The notes: generated by a model not told the origin, from the sequence alone. 63,340 bases of DNA, filler included, from Octopus bimaculoides (GCF_001194135.2; 7 parts of 6 records of this genome joined end to end with filler, not necessarily neighbours in it); one strand, 5' to 3'. Counted from the first letter of the whole stretch, positions 38,350 through 50,899 are shown. A program made the numbers and translations.

Positions 38350-38745
38350 GTAATTTTTTCAAAGCTATAATGGAAGTGACAAAGGAGCATGTTCGACATA
38401 TTTTGCTTTATGAGGTTAATAAAAGCAACAACGCAACGTATAGTGCGAGGAATATTAATGCAATATATGGAGATCGGACAATAACCGTAAGCCAGTGTCA
38501 ATGGTGGTTCCAGATATTCCGAGCCGGAAACTACAGCCTAGATGACGAGCCTCATCCTGGAAGATCTGTAGAGCTTGGCAAGGACGTTCTGCAAACCCTG
38601 GTGGAACAAAATCCCATCGTAACTGAAGAGCATTGTAAAAAATGAAGGAGAGTATATTTTAGATGAAGAAAGAACTTTGTTTATCTTAATTTTGAAAAAT
38701 AAAAAAAAAGTATAAAAAATTGCATTATTTATGGGATGACCCAAT
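38350..38745 (+). mobile_element. Internally deleted Mos1/SETMAR-like mariner
   Basis: MEVTKEHVRHILLYE..NATYSARNINAIYGD..QWWFQIFRAGNYSLDDEPHPGR; 3' TIR ttatgggatgacccaata. Confidence 0.9.
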
Positions 38746-39356
38746 ATATCACTAGATCGTGATTTCAATTCCTAGATCAGGTGGTACGCTGTGTGTGCAA
38801 AGCACTTCATCTCACGTTGCACTGCGATCACCTCAACACCTGACATGTGGCACACCGTGCACCTGTTCATGCTACGTTGATTGATGGAAAGAGAGAGAGA
38901 GAGAGAGAGAGAGCTAATGCACCACACATACATTTGATCACTGTAAATAAATCATTTGTGCAAAGCGTTCGGCAAAAGAGCTGAACATTCATACGTCGTC
39001 TTAGACAGAAGAGTCTGTCATATATATGGTTATATTTATTTATGCATATGCATATATATGATTATATCTATCTATCCGCCTTATCTGAAGTGAGCAAGAA
39101 TTTACAAACTTTTCTACCTTTATTGAATTCTTTAACAGACAAAGCTTTATTAAGTTTCAACGTACCTTTATATATGTAAAAAAATCTATACACCAAGATA
39201 TAGAGACACGCGCGTACATATACAAAACACACACACTCACTCACACACACATACATATTTGTGCACATATACATATATATTTATAAATACATACATATAT
39301 ATATATACATATACATACATACATACATACATGTATATATATATATACATATACAT

Positions 39357-39420
<64 letters not shown>

Positions 39421-40369
39421 GTGTGTGCATATATGCGCGCGTACATACACACATACATGTGCGCATGCATGCACACACACACACACATCCACACACGAAA
39501 TATAAGTATATTCAACTAGAGACTGTCTGCCTATAATAAGTTATTGCAATGTCCTGCTTTTGTGACCGCAGAATTAATATATTTTGATTCACCAATGAAA
39601 ACATAGGTTGGCAAATGTGAAGTTTCATCTGTCGCCAAGGACACAATCAATCAAAATGACATTATGTGTTTTCCCCACTTCTTTCAAAAAAAGAAATAAA
39701 AGAAAAACGCTCAGAGATTCCAAGGTTTAGTACAGAGTGGTTGAATATTCGGAAATTGCTTTTGATGCAGTCATCGAAGTTTTGGCATTTTTATTACTGA
39801 AAGCATTACATGAAAACAAATTTATTATGTTATGGTTAAAAGTAAGAAAATGTTATTTCATGGCTCTTTCTACCAATTCTTGCGTTAATGGCTAACCAGA
39901 ATTGTGCATGATTTTTTTTTCATTGGGAATCGATCGATAAATTTAGGAAAAAAGAAAGAAATTAATGATTATAGAATTGTTCAGAAGTGTAATGCTTCTT
40001 CGAGAACTCCATTACAATTGTTTTGGCAATTGTCTCTTTTCTAAAAATGGCATTTAAAAGTTATTATTACTGTTTGTTCAAAAGAAAAGTTAATATTAAC
40101 TTTCTTTTTTACGTTGCTAAGGACGAAATCCTGAGGTGTTCTGCGTGCCATGATACTTGTAATAACCTATGTTAATCCCTAAAGGTTGATCTTCCTGTTA
40201 CTAATTTGTTTATACTGCGTAGGACTCCTCTTCAACAAAAGAAAAACTAATCTTATTGTTGATTACTCTCAAACTAAATTCTGATGAAGCAGACATATGA
40301 TCAATGACCTTCCAGCTTTGACCATTTTGTAAATGTTTATAAGGAACATAGCGCTTTGTAAATATTGGT

Positions 40370-40585
40370 TTCAAATTTTGGCATAAGGCCAGCAATTTCG
40401 GGGGAGAGGGTAAGTCGGTTACATTGCCCCCCAGTACTTAACTGGAACTTATTTCATCGACTCCGAAAAGATGAAAAGCAAAGTCGACCCCAGTGGAATT
40501 TGAACTCAAAACGTGAAGACGGACGAAATGCCGCTAAGTATATTGCCCGGCGCGCTAACTATTCTGCTAACTCACCGCCTTTAAC
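40370..40585 (-). mobile_element. SINE family B
   Basis: aattttggcataaggcc...ggaatttgaactc...ctcaccgcctt. Confidence 0.85.
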
Positions 40586-41534
40586 ACTGAGTAAATATTA
40601 GCAACGTTTTCTACAATTTTGCAACGTTCTGAAAGCATTTGTAACAATTCAGAAAAATTTCAACCTTTTCAACGTTGGCAATGTTTGAAAAGGTTGGAAA
40701 TTAACTAAGAGATAAACAATAAAACAATTATTATTATTTAAGAAAAATATNNNNNNNNNNNNNNNNNNNNNNNNNNNNNNNNNNNNNNNNNNNNNNNNNN
40801 NNNNNNNNNNNNNNNNNNNNNNNNNNNNNNNNNNNNNNNNNNNNNNNNNNNNNNNNNNNNNNNNNNNNNNNNNNNNNNNNNNNNNNNNNNNNNNNNNNNN
40901 NNNNNNNNNNNNNNNNNNNNNNNNNNNNNNNNNNNNNNNNNNNNNNNNNNNNNNNNNNNNNNNNNNNNNNNNNNNNNNNNNNNNNNNNNNNNNNNNNNNN
41001 NNNNNNNNNNNNNNNNNNNNNNNNNNNNNNNNNNNNNNNNNNNNNNNNNNNNNNNNNNNNNNNNNNNNNNNNNNNNNNNNNNNNNNNNNNNNNNNNNNNN
41101 NNNNNNNNNNNNNNNNNNNNNNNNNNNNNNNNNNNNNNNNNNNNNNNNNNNNNNNNNNNNNNNNNNNNNNNNNNNNNNNNNNNNNNNNNNNNNNNNNNNN
41201 NNNNNNNNNNNNNNNNNNNNNNNNNNNNNNNNNNNNNNNNNNNNNNNNNNNNNNNNNNNNNNNNNNNNNNNNNNNNNNNNNNNNNNNNNNNNNNNNNNNN
41301 NNNNNNNNNNNNNNNNNNNNNNNNNNNNNNNNNNNNNNNNNNNNNNNNNNNNNNNNNNNNNNNNNNNNNNNNNNNNNNNNNNNNNNNNNNNNNNNNNNNN
41401 NNNNNNNNNNNNNNNNNNNNNNNNNNNNNNNNNNNNNNNNNNNNNNNNNNNNNNNNNNNNNNNNNNNNNNNNNNNNNNNNNNNNNNNNNNNNNNNNNNNN
41501 NNNNNNNNNNNNNNNNNNNNNNNNNNNNNATATA

Positions 41535-41698
41535 ATGCACAGGAGTGGCTGTATGCTAAGAAGCTTGCTTATCAACCACATGGTTCTGGGTTCAGTCTCA
41601 GTGCGTGGCACCTTGGGCAAGTGTCTTCTATTATAGCCTCAGGCCGACCAAAGCCTTCTGAGTGGATTTAATAGACGGAAACTGAAAGAAGCCCGTCG

Positions 41699-41731
<33 letters not shown>

Positions 41732-42255
41732 GCATATATGGGTACAAGATGTCATTAAACGTAAACAACATGAAATACGAAATACGAAAATATGGAATAC
41801 GAACTTTCTTTGCGAATAACGAAAGAAACAAATGGAAAACAAGACAAGTAACATAAAGAACGACCCTTCATCAGTTGTCGGCTGTTTTATCCACACCACA
41901 TTTCGAGCAATTACGGTAAGGTGTGTCTTCGAGAAACAGTTACTCCCGCAAAGCAAAATAAAATTTGGGATTTGCGGAGGGTAAAAGTTGGTAACAAAAA
42001 CAGGACAGTGAAAAGAAACAGAAAGGGCTGCTAAGCCATATATGCATATATTTGTGTGTGTGTCTGTTTTTGCTCCCCCACCATCGCTTGATAACCGATG
42101 CTGGTGTGTTTACATCCCCGTAAGCTAGCGGTTAGGCAACAGAGATCGATAGAACAAGTACTAGATCTACAAAGAATAAGTCATGGGGTCGATTTGTTTG
42201 ACTAACGGCGGTGCTTCAGCATGGCTGCAGTCAAATACAGGAACAAATGAAAGAA
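41535..42255 (+). mobile_element. SINE family A split in its central microsatellite by a about 310-bp insertion (41730-42040)
   Basis: Head half 41535-41700, tail half 42050-42255. Confidence 0.8.
41730..42040 (-). mobile_element. PLE pseudo-LTR-like element (family shared with 50900-51075 and 51440-51640)
   Basis: Minus strand gctcGAAATGTG...aaCTGATGAaggg...gacatcttgtacccatatatgcat. Confidence 0.5.
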
Positions 42256-42268
42256 TATATATACATAT

Positions 42269-42299
<31 letters not shown>

Positions 42300-42399
42300 N
42301 NNNNNNNNNNNNNNNNNNNNNNNNNNNNNNNNNNNNNNNNNNNTTAATTAATTAANNNNNNNNNNNNNNNNNNNNNNNNNNNNNNNNNNNNNNNNNNNN

Positions 42400-42439
<40 letters not shown>

Positions 42440-42443
<4 letters not shown>

Positions 42444-42775
42444 AAGGGCTAAGGATAATGCCCCCCCCCCTTTGGTCATGAATGACCATAGAATTGCACC
42501 TAGAAAGTTCCCCTCCAAGGCACAAGTCCAGGCACACCAGCCTCTCCTCTCCACACAATCGATGCTATCCAAGGGAAAAGCAAATGGCTGATACAGTTTG
42601 ACACCTGTGACATCATAACACATTTCTACAATTGAGTTAACTGGAGCGATGTGAAATAAAGTATCTTGCTCAAGCACACAACACACAGCCCAGTCCAGGA
42701 ATCAAACTCACTACTTCATGATTACAAGTCTGATGCTATAACCACTGAGTCATGTGCCTTCACACGCACACACAT
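42440..42775 (-). mobile_element. SINE family C with ggtcattcatgaccaaaggggg tail
   Basis: Reverse-complement tRNA head at 42700-42770, cttgctcaag core. Confidence 0.75.
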
Positions 42776-43195
42776 ATATGAAGATATACATATATATATG
42801 TATATATATGTACATATCACACATACACATATATGAAGAAATGTATATATTTAACTGAACATAAATGAGTGTGTTCATGCGCATGTATATGACTTGTGTG
42901 TGCTTTACACTTGTACATCCCATGCTAATAGATATGTATATATTTCTAAATATATTTATTTGTGTTATATTCTGATGGACACGCATACAGAGAATCAATG
43001 AAATAGATTTTCACTAATACATTTAAATAGACAAATAAAATAATTCATATATATATATATATATATATATATAGATAGATATATATATATATATGTATAC
43101 ACAAACACACACACATAGAAATATATACGTATATATATATCCATAAGTGTTCTGGTGGCAGATTTAGAATTTTTCCTCAGTAAATCATACATATA

Positions 43196-43243
<48 letters not shown>

Positions 43244-43448
43244 CATATATGTATGAGAACTAAGTTATATTGCTATTTATTTTTTACCTTATATTCATTT
43301 TTGTTCTATAGCTAATGATCATACAGCCCTCCCCTGCACTCCAACCCTCTCTCATGTATATATATATATGTATATACATGTATACATGTGTGTATGCCTG
43401 CATATGTATATGCACACCTATGAATGCCAATATACAAACGTGTGTGTA

Positions 43449-43493
<45 letters not shown>

Positions 43494-43893
43494 NNNNNNN
43501 NNNNNNNNNNNNNNNNNNNNNNNNNNNNNNNNNNNNNNNNNNNNNNNNNNNNNNNNNNNNNNNNNNNNNNNNNNNNNNNNNNNNNNNNNNNNNNNNNNNN
43601 NNNNNNNNNNNNNNNNNNNNNNNNNNNNNNNNNNNNNNNNNNNNNNNNNNNNNNNNNNNNNNNNNNNNNNNNNNNNNNNNNNNNNNNNNNNNNNNNNNNN
43701 NNNNNNNNNNNNNNNNNNNNNNNNNNNNNNNNNNNNNNNNNNNNNNNNNNNNNNNNNNNNNNNNNNNNNNNNNNNNNNNNNNNNNNNNNNNNNNNNNNNN
43801 NNNNNNNNNNNNNNNNNNNNNNNNNNTGTGTGTGTGTGTGTGTGTGTGTATATGTACATATATACATATGAGTGTATATATATCGTAAATATT

Positions 43894-43928
<35 letters not shown>

Positions 43929-44494
43929 CATCATCATCATATATATATATATGTATATACATGTATATATATATATATTTATGCATATATGTATATGTGT
44001 GTGTGTGTGTGTCTATATATATTATTTTTATATCAGTATGTGAGTGTGTGTATATGTATTTTTATTATGCGTATGTGTATATGTGTGGTTATGTTTGATT
44101 TTTTAATTTTATTTTATTTTATGAATTTCTTTATCTCCTCTCTTTATTTTGTTTGAAAATCGTTGCTTATTACGTGACACTCCAATAAAAGTTTTGATCA
44201 AAGCTTCCTGGGTGGCTTTATTATTTATAATTTAGTTTGATAAGTGTGAGGCATTGAACTGTTGAATCTGTTGCCCTTTGACTTATTTAGCTAACTTTGC
44301 AGCTAAATTATATAAAAATTCATAATAATATACATGCATATGTGTGTCTACATACATAAATACACACACACACATATATATACACGCACACACATACATA
44401 TATATGCACATGGATTTATGCACACGTTTACACATACGTATACATACATAGTGTTATGTGTGTATATGCGTATTAACTGTAATCACTATTTAAA

Positions 44495-44570
44495 TTATAC
44501 ACAAGCCAGAACTTCACAGTAATGGCCAAACTAATTTGCATAATGTGAAGTTCTTGGCAGTGTCAATAAT
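44495..44570. ncRNA. Pre-miRNA-like hairpin candidate
   Basis: gccagaacttcacagtaatggccaaa-ctaa-tttgcataatgtgaagttcttggc with an extendable basal stem; structure only. Confidence 0.25.
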
Positions 44571-44617
44571 TAATATTTTATGTAGGACATGGTGCATATT
44601 AGACGATTTAAATGAAT

Positions 44618-45190
44618 TTAACTGTTCTGTCAAACGTAATGCGTATTAATTTACATTGTTTCGAATTTATTATGCATTATCTTGTAGCTTTGAGGCTTCA
44701 ATAATGTTAACATTTACTTTTAGAATGACATTGTAGGATAGGTGTGAGAGTCCAGATCTGGCTAGTTTGAACATAAAACAGGTAGAATAATTGTGCTGGA
44801 TATGCCTGGTTTAAATGCTAAAGGGTTAAAAATGATTGGAATAGAACTAGATTCTTAGTTGTAAACATTTTCAAGGTACTGTAAGTGGTAGAATGTTGGA
44901 TGCCACAAGATTATCTAAAATAGTAAATCTTAACATGGAAACATCAGGCTCCATTACACCCCATCAGATATTAACGAAATTATATAGCCCCTGCCCCCAA
45001 CTTTCAACTTCATTACCCCCTTTAGCATTCAGATTACTCCGTCAAATGCAATACTCGTTCATTCACAATATTTTTTAACTAAGTATTTATCATGTTGTAG
45101 CTTTGAGATTTCGATGATGTGATTGTATATTTTCAAAATGACATTGTAGTGTAGGTGTGAAAGGCAGGATCTGGCCAGTTTGAACATAAA
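44618..45190. mobile_element. Two partial piggyBac-type MITEs (44618-44829 retains the right TIR aatgctaaagggTTAA; 45015-45190 retains the left TIR ccctttagcatt)
   Basis: Shared body gaatgacattgtag..gtaggtgtga..gatctgg..agtttgaacataaaa; complementary TIRs. Confidence 0.75.
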
Positions 45191-45344
45191 AATTGACCCC
45201 AAGACTTATTTCTTAAGCCTAGTACTTCTATCAGTCTCTTTTGCTGAACTGCTAAGTGACAGGGATGTAAACACACCAACACCGGTTTTCAAATGTGATG
45301 TGGTGGGGGAACACATACACAATAACACACACATATAAATACAT

Positions 45345-45480
45345 ATTGGGTCATCCCGTAAATAATGCGTTTTTTTTTAATACTTCTTTTATTTTTCAAA
45401 ATTAAGATAAACAAAGTTCTTTTTTAATGTAAAATATACTCTCCTTCATTTTCTACAATGCTCTTCCATCTATCTGGTAG
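45345..45480 (-). mobile_element. Mariner 3' end (same family as 38350-38745)
   Basis: tattgggtcatccc TIR, reverse complement of 38640-38745. Confidence 0.85.
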
Positions 45481-45813
45481 ACTTACATGGTTATTCTTCA
45501 GAATAGCATTGTTCTGGTAGTTGGAGAATATGTCCTACTAGTTTTTATCTTCAAAGTGTGTCAATACCAACATATCATTATTACTATTATTATTATTCAT
45601 AGGGGTAAACCATGATCAGCAAAGTGGTTCTCCCAAAGTGAGGCCCTTCCATTGCACTCCGGTTGGGTTGACCTTTGCGATCGCCCCAAATGTGGGCGAC
45701 TCGGGTGCGCTATTTCTAAGTGTGGGGTCTGCGTTTGCGCTCACCCCATAAATCAAACAAAGAACAGAATTAATTATTATTATTATTATCATCATCTCTT
45801 GCTCTCTTTATAG

Positions 45814-46003
45814 CTCTCAGTCATATAGGTGTCTGGAATGAACCAGTGAAAGCCTGCCTCCTGTCTGCCAGACATGATGTTAGCCACCACACAGTTCGTG
45901 CTCAAGCATGCCGCACTCTTGCTTCATTGGGTGAGAAATTTCCAGAAGCTGTCACCCTTCTTCAGGAATATTTCCTTTCAGAGACTGATCCGACAATGCA
46001 AAG
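45814..46003 (+). CDS. Internal exon of a HEAT/PBS-lyase-repeat protein, HEATR4-like
   Basis: ctctctttatAG acceptor, AG|GTTGGT donor; ALSHIGVWNEPVKACLLSARHDVSHHTVRAQACRTLASLG...LSETDP resembles the recalled HEATR4 ALGQIG...[20 protein letters not shown]. Confidence 0.7.
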
Positions 46004-46079
46004 GTTGGTCTTATTGTCATTATTGTTCTTACATTTTGTTGGATTCAGTCACATTTCAGGTCACATTTCATATATATCG

Positions 46080-46420
46080 CCTTCCTGGCACTTGTGCCAG
46101 TGGCACGTGAAAAGACATTTGAACGAGTTCGTTGCCAGAACCGCTGGACTGGCTCCTGTGCGGGTGGCACATAAAATACACCATTTCGAGCATGGCCGTT
46201 GGCAGTACCACCTGACTGGCCTTCGTGCCGGTGGCACATAAAAACACCCACTGCACTCTCAGAGTGGTTGGCATTAGGAAGGGCATCCAGCTGTAGAAAC
46301 TCTGCCAAATCAGATTGGAGCCTGGTGTAGCCATCTGGTTTCACCAGTCCTCAGTCAAATCGTCCAACCCATGCCAGCATGGAAAGTGGATGTTAAACGA
46401 TGATGATGATGATGATGATG
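46080..46420 (+). mobile_element. Family E short retroposon / RTE-like 3' tail
   Basis: Matches 8685-8945 and ends in (GAT)n. Confidence 0.8.
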
Positions 46421-46461
<41 letters not shown>

Positions 46462-46569
46462 TATGCATACATATGTTTTTATATGTATATGTGTGAGTGT
46501 GTATATACACTTGTATGTATATATATGTATGTACATATGTATGTATATGCATTATTTTATTTTTTTATG

Positions 46570-47060
46570 ACTGCAACTATAATGGTGGTGGTTGTGATGA
46601 TGATGATGATGATGATGAGAATGAAGGTGATGCAATTATTGATGGCAGGTGATGATAAAGGTGTGATAATGATGACGGTGGGGGACGATAAGGTTGTGAT
46701 GCCAAAAACTGCTACTGATATCTGATGATGATGATGATGATGATGATGATAAAGACTGGGATGTGGGGGTTGTGGTGTGGGGGAAACCTGCTTACAGGGA
46801 TGATGATGATGATGGTAAGAAGTATGATGATGATGATGGTAATAAGTATAATGATGATGCTCATAGTGATGGTGATGATGACAATGATAATGAAGATGAA
46901 TAGTGATGCTGCTGCCGATGATGACGACGATGACGGTGATGAGTAGTGATGATGATGATGATGATGGTAATGGTAACAATGATGATGATGATGATAATGA
47001 CGATGGGTTATGATGATGAATATGAGGATAATGATGATGATGGTGCTAACAACGGGGGGG
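46570..47060. repeat. Degenerate (GAT)n microsatellite
   Basis: Direct reading. Confidence 0.95.
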
Positions 47061-48155
47061 GGGTGGCAGTGTCGGTGGTAGACAGTTTGCTGTGGTGACC
47101 CCAAACTGTCAACAACAGGGAGGTAATAACCTAGTGTGAATGTTGGAGTGGGGGAGTTCTTGTNNNNNNNNNNNNNNNNNNNNNNNNNNNNNNNNNNNNN
47201 NNNNNNNNNNNNNNNNNNNNNNNNNNNNNNNNNNNNNNNNNNNNNNNNNNNNNNNNNNNNNNNNNNNNNNNNNNNNNNNNNNNNNNNNNNNNNNNNNNNN
47301 NNNNNNNNNNNNNNNNNNNNNNNNNNNNNNNNNNNNNNNNNNNNNNNNNNNNNNNNNNNNNNNNNNNNNNNNNNNNNNNNNNNNNNNNNNNNNNNNNNNN
47401 NNNNNNNNNNNNNNNNNNNNNNNNNNNNNNNNNNNNGGAATTAATGAGGGTGGTGGTGTTGCAGTAAAGTACACTTCCACCCCTTCTTCACTTTCTATTT
47501 CTCTCATATCAAAATAGCAAAGCTGTAAAAGCAAGTGTGTGTGTGTGTGTGTAAGTGTGTGTGTGTGTGTGTGTGTGTAAGTGTGTGTGTGTGTGTGTAA
47601 GGGTGCGCATATATTATCTGATATAAAGCTCAACATGCTGGGTGAAGTTGATATATATAAGTTTATTTTTTTATGCCTATAATTGACAGGGTACTCTAAG
47701 TTTCACCCTGATTTGGGCTGTCCACAAGTGTCATGAACACCCTTGGGTAAAATTGAGAATAATCTGTCAATTATTAATACCCCTCACCCCATACACATAC
47801 ATACACACACACATGTACAAACATACACGCGAACAAACATGGACACACACACACATATACACATATATGATGAATGGGAGTAGCTGGATGGGTAGATGGA
47901 TGAGTGGGGGAATTGATAGACAGACACAGACAGACAGAGAGACAACTATATTATAATCTGTCATATAATCCTGGAGCTACAGGATTATCTGATGAGACTG
48001 AAATTGGTGAATTTTAAAAGATGATGTATATTTTGAGATTTTACTCTGGAAGAGACTCCATTCGCAGATACCAGTCATTACCAGGAATTATGGAATATTT
48101 ATTTCCTAAATGAAAGAAAGAAAGAAGGAAAAAACAAAGGACATAGAATATAACT

Positions 48156-48194
<39 letters not shown>

Positions 48195-48200
<6 letters not shown>

Positions 48201-48360
48201 GGCACATGGCTTAGTGGTTAGTGTGTTGCACTCACGATTGTGAGATCGTGTGTTCGATTCCCAGACCAGGTGTTGTGCTGTGTTCTTGAGGAAAGCACTT
48301 CATTTCACATTGCTCTGCATTCATTTCGGCATCTGACATGTAGCACCCAGTTGCGCCTGT
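48195..48360 (+). mobile_element. SINE family C
   Basis: gtgaaggcacatggcttagtggttag...gttcgattccc...gtgttcttgagg. Confidence 0.8.
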
Positions 48361-48379
48361 ATAGATAGTCTTGATTTGA

Positions 48380-48442
<63 letters not shown>

Positions 48443-48784
48443 NNNNNNNNNNNNNNNNNNNNNNNNNNNNNNNNNNNNNNNNNNNNNNNNNNNNNNNNNN
48501 NNNNNNNNNNNNNNNNNNNNNNNNNNNNNNNNNNNNNNNNNNNNNNNNNNNNNNNNNNNNNNNNNNNNNNNNNNNNNNNNNNNNNNNNNNNNNNNNNNNN
48601 NNNNNNNNNNNNNNNNNNNNNNNNNNNNNNNNNNNNNNNNNNNNNNNNNNNNNNNNNNNNNNNNNNNNNNNNNNNNNNNNNNNNNNNNNNNNNNNNNNNN
48701 NNNNNNNNNNNNNNNNNNNNNNNNNNNNNNNNNNNNNNNNNNNNNNNNNNNNNNNNNNNNNNNNNATATATATATATATATACG

Positions 48785-48995
48785 TATATATTTGTGTGTT
48801 TGTGTCTGTGTTTGTCCCCTCCGATGTTGGTGTGTTTACATCCCTGTAAATTAGCATTTTAGCAAGAGGGACCAATAGAATAAGTACCAGGCTTACAAAG
48901 AATAAGTCCTGGGGTCGATTTCTTCGGCTAAAAAAGGCAGTTCTCCAGCATGGCCACAGTCAAACTTACTGAAACAAGTAAAATAATAAAATAAA
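48785..48995 (+). mobile_element. SINE family A, 3' half
   Basis: gtgtctgtgtttgtcccc...gaataagtcctggggtcg...ctgaaacaagtaaa. Confidence 0.85.
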
Positions 48996-49112
48996 AGAAT
49001 ATGCACACACACACACATACACACATGCACACTCCCATGCACATGTATGTGGCCAAATGGTTAAAATGAATGCTTTCATATGAGTCTAGGTTCTTAAACA
49101 TTTGGTCACACG

Positions 49113-49143
<31 letters not shown>

Positions 49144-49159
49144 TATGTATGTCTTTCAC

Positions 49160-50200
49160 AAAGAAGAAATCCATCATTTTAATAAAGACCTAGATCTGGG
49201 AAAGAGATCTCTTCAAAAGTAAATCTAAAACGTCCAATCTTTTTGATTCACAAACTTCAATTCCATCTTAAGATCCTATATCTACATCAAATAATATTCA
49301 GCCAATTTGTGTTCAACCCCAAGAGAATTATCTTAAAATAGCAAAGATTTCCTAGCATGCATAACAATATTAATGGCAGAATCATGATTCCAAAAAGTAC
49401 TCTACCAAATTCTAAAGCTTTTTGGAGAAAGCATTTTGATAAAGATAGATATTACTCTGTTATGCCAAACTGCATGAAATTACGAAGATGTTTATTATCT
49501 GTATTACTGAACCATTTGATGACATCTACAGAATTATTCCATGAAGGAAAGCAAGTGAGATATGATATGTACAATGTTAAAAACGGTGGAATCTAAAATA
49601 TTTTTACTGGCTACACTTAATTCACTTTTGGCCAAAATTATCGATCTGAATTTCATATTGGCAAGAAAATTAAGTTTATGGTTTTTAAATGTAATGTATG
49701 GTTCACATAACATGAAAGATCCTACTCTGTCATCTATTTTTAGATTGATAGCTATGTCTTTATCTTCTAATTTAATAACGAGGTATGTACCAGAGTTATT
49801 TTTCTTATTAATACTGACGGCACTGTTTGAAAGGCATTTATAGTATAGAACTCTGCTTCTGTTGGTTTATGTAACATTTTAGTTTTGTCTGGAGAAATAT
49901 GGAAGTGTTTTGAAGTTTTACAATAAAATGTCTTGAAAGTTATTGGATAAATTTTCAAAATTAGCCCATTTGACTATTTTAAAACAGAATAAAGATTTGG
50001 TCTGAGGCGCAGGGAATTTTTTACATCTGATGGTGAACTTGTTATTCCTAATAGTGCTTGTTCTATTTCTTCCATTCCTTTTAGATTCAGTGATTGGACT
50101 GCAACCATCAAAGAAATGTGTCTTTCATAGACCTTTCTTAGTGTAATGAAAGCATTTCTATATAATGCTAGAACATTCTTTGCAAACAAAAAGCGAAACA
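49160..50200 (-). mobile_element. Decayed Penelope-like reverse transcriptase (N-terminal part to the YxDD region)
   Basis: KTHFFD..., ISPDKTK, LKIDDRV..YITFKNHK..KFRSIILAKSEL..SKNILD, WNNSVDVIKWF..FMQFGI, DLGLY*NDG; many stops and frameshifts. Confidence 0.8.
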
Positions 50201-50282
50201 AAAAAGAAAAAAAAAGAAAAGAATATATATATGTATATATATAAAATAATACACACACATACACACACACACACATAAAATG

Positions 50283-50327
<45 letters not shown>

Positions 50328-50328
50328 A

Positions 50329-50390
<62 letters not shown>

Positions 50391-50728
50391 GTTAGAAACA
50401 GGACAGTCATGGCTGTGTAACATGTTTGCTTCCCAACTATATGGTCTTGCATTGAGTCCTACTCTGAGTGCATTTATTTTCCATCTAAAGGAAATGTGTC
50501 ACTTGTTAACATTTTTAACTTAGTTTAATTTATTTGCCTAGGAGCTATGTCATGCTGATGGTTTCTAAGAAGAATGAAATGGTGATATACAAGTTTACCT
50601 AAATTGAGAAATCCTAAGAGCTTTGTAATGAGAAAGAAAAAAAGTTCAATATGTATATCTCATGCAACATATTTGTTGTTTGATTTTAAACTTCAATCTT
50701 TTAAAATGATTATCTCCCTTACACTAAC

Positions 50729-50747
50729 TGGCCACCAGGGGGCACCA
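50729..50747 (+). promoter_or_regulatory. Near-consensus CTCF motif
   Basis: TGGCCACCAGGGGGCACCA versus consensus TGGCCACCAGGGGGCGCTA. Confidence 0.6.
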
Positions 50748-50850
50748 TAGATTTCATAAACTTCTGCTCTATTTTCAGCTTTTGTAACTTCCTCTGTAGA
50801 TGAGGTCAACAAATTAAAGACCACCACCATCACCATTGCTATTGTCATCA

Positions 50851-50890
<40 letters not shown>

Positions 50891-50899
50891 CAAATAATA

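Noticed and set aside
40210-40395. ORF RYVPYKHLQNGQSWKVIDHMS...
   Set aside because: Starts in a SINE, has weak splice sites and no recognisable homology; all plus-strand frames after the nearby acceptor have stops.
46004-46241. C-terminal half of ORF 45846-46241
   Set aside because: Lies past the splice donor and runs into a family E repeat.
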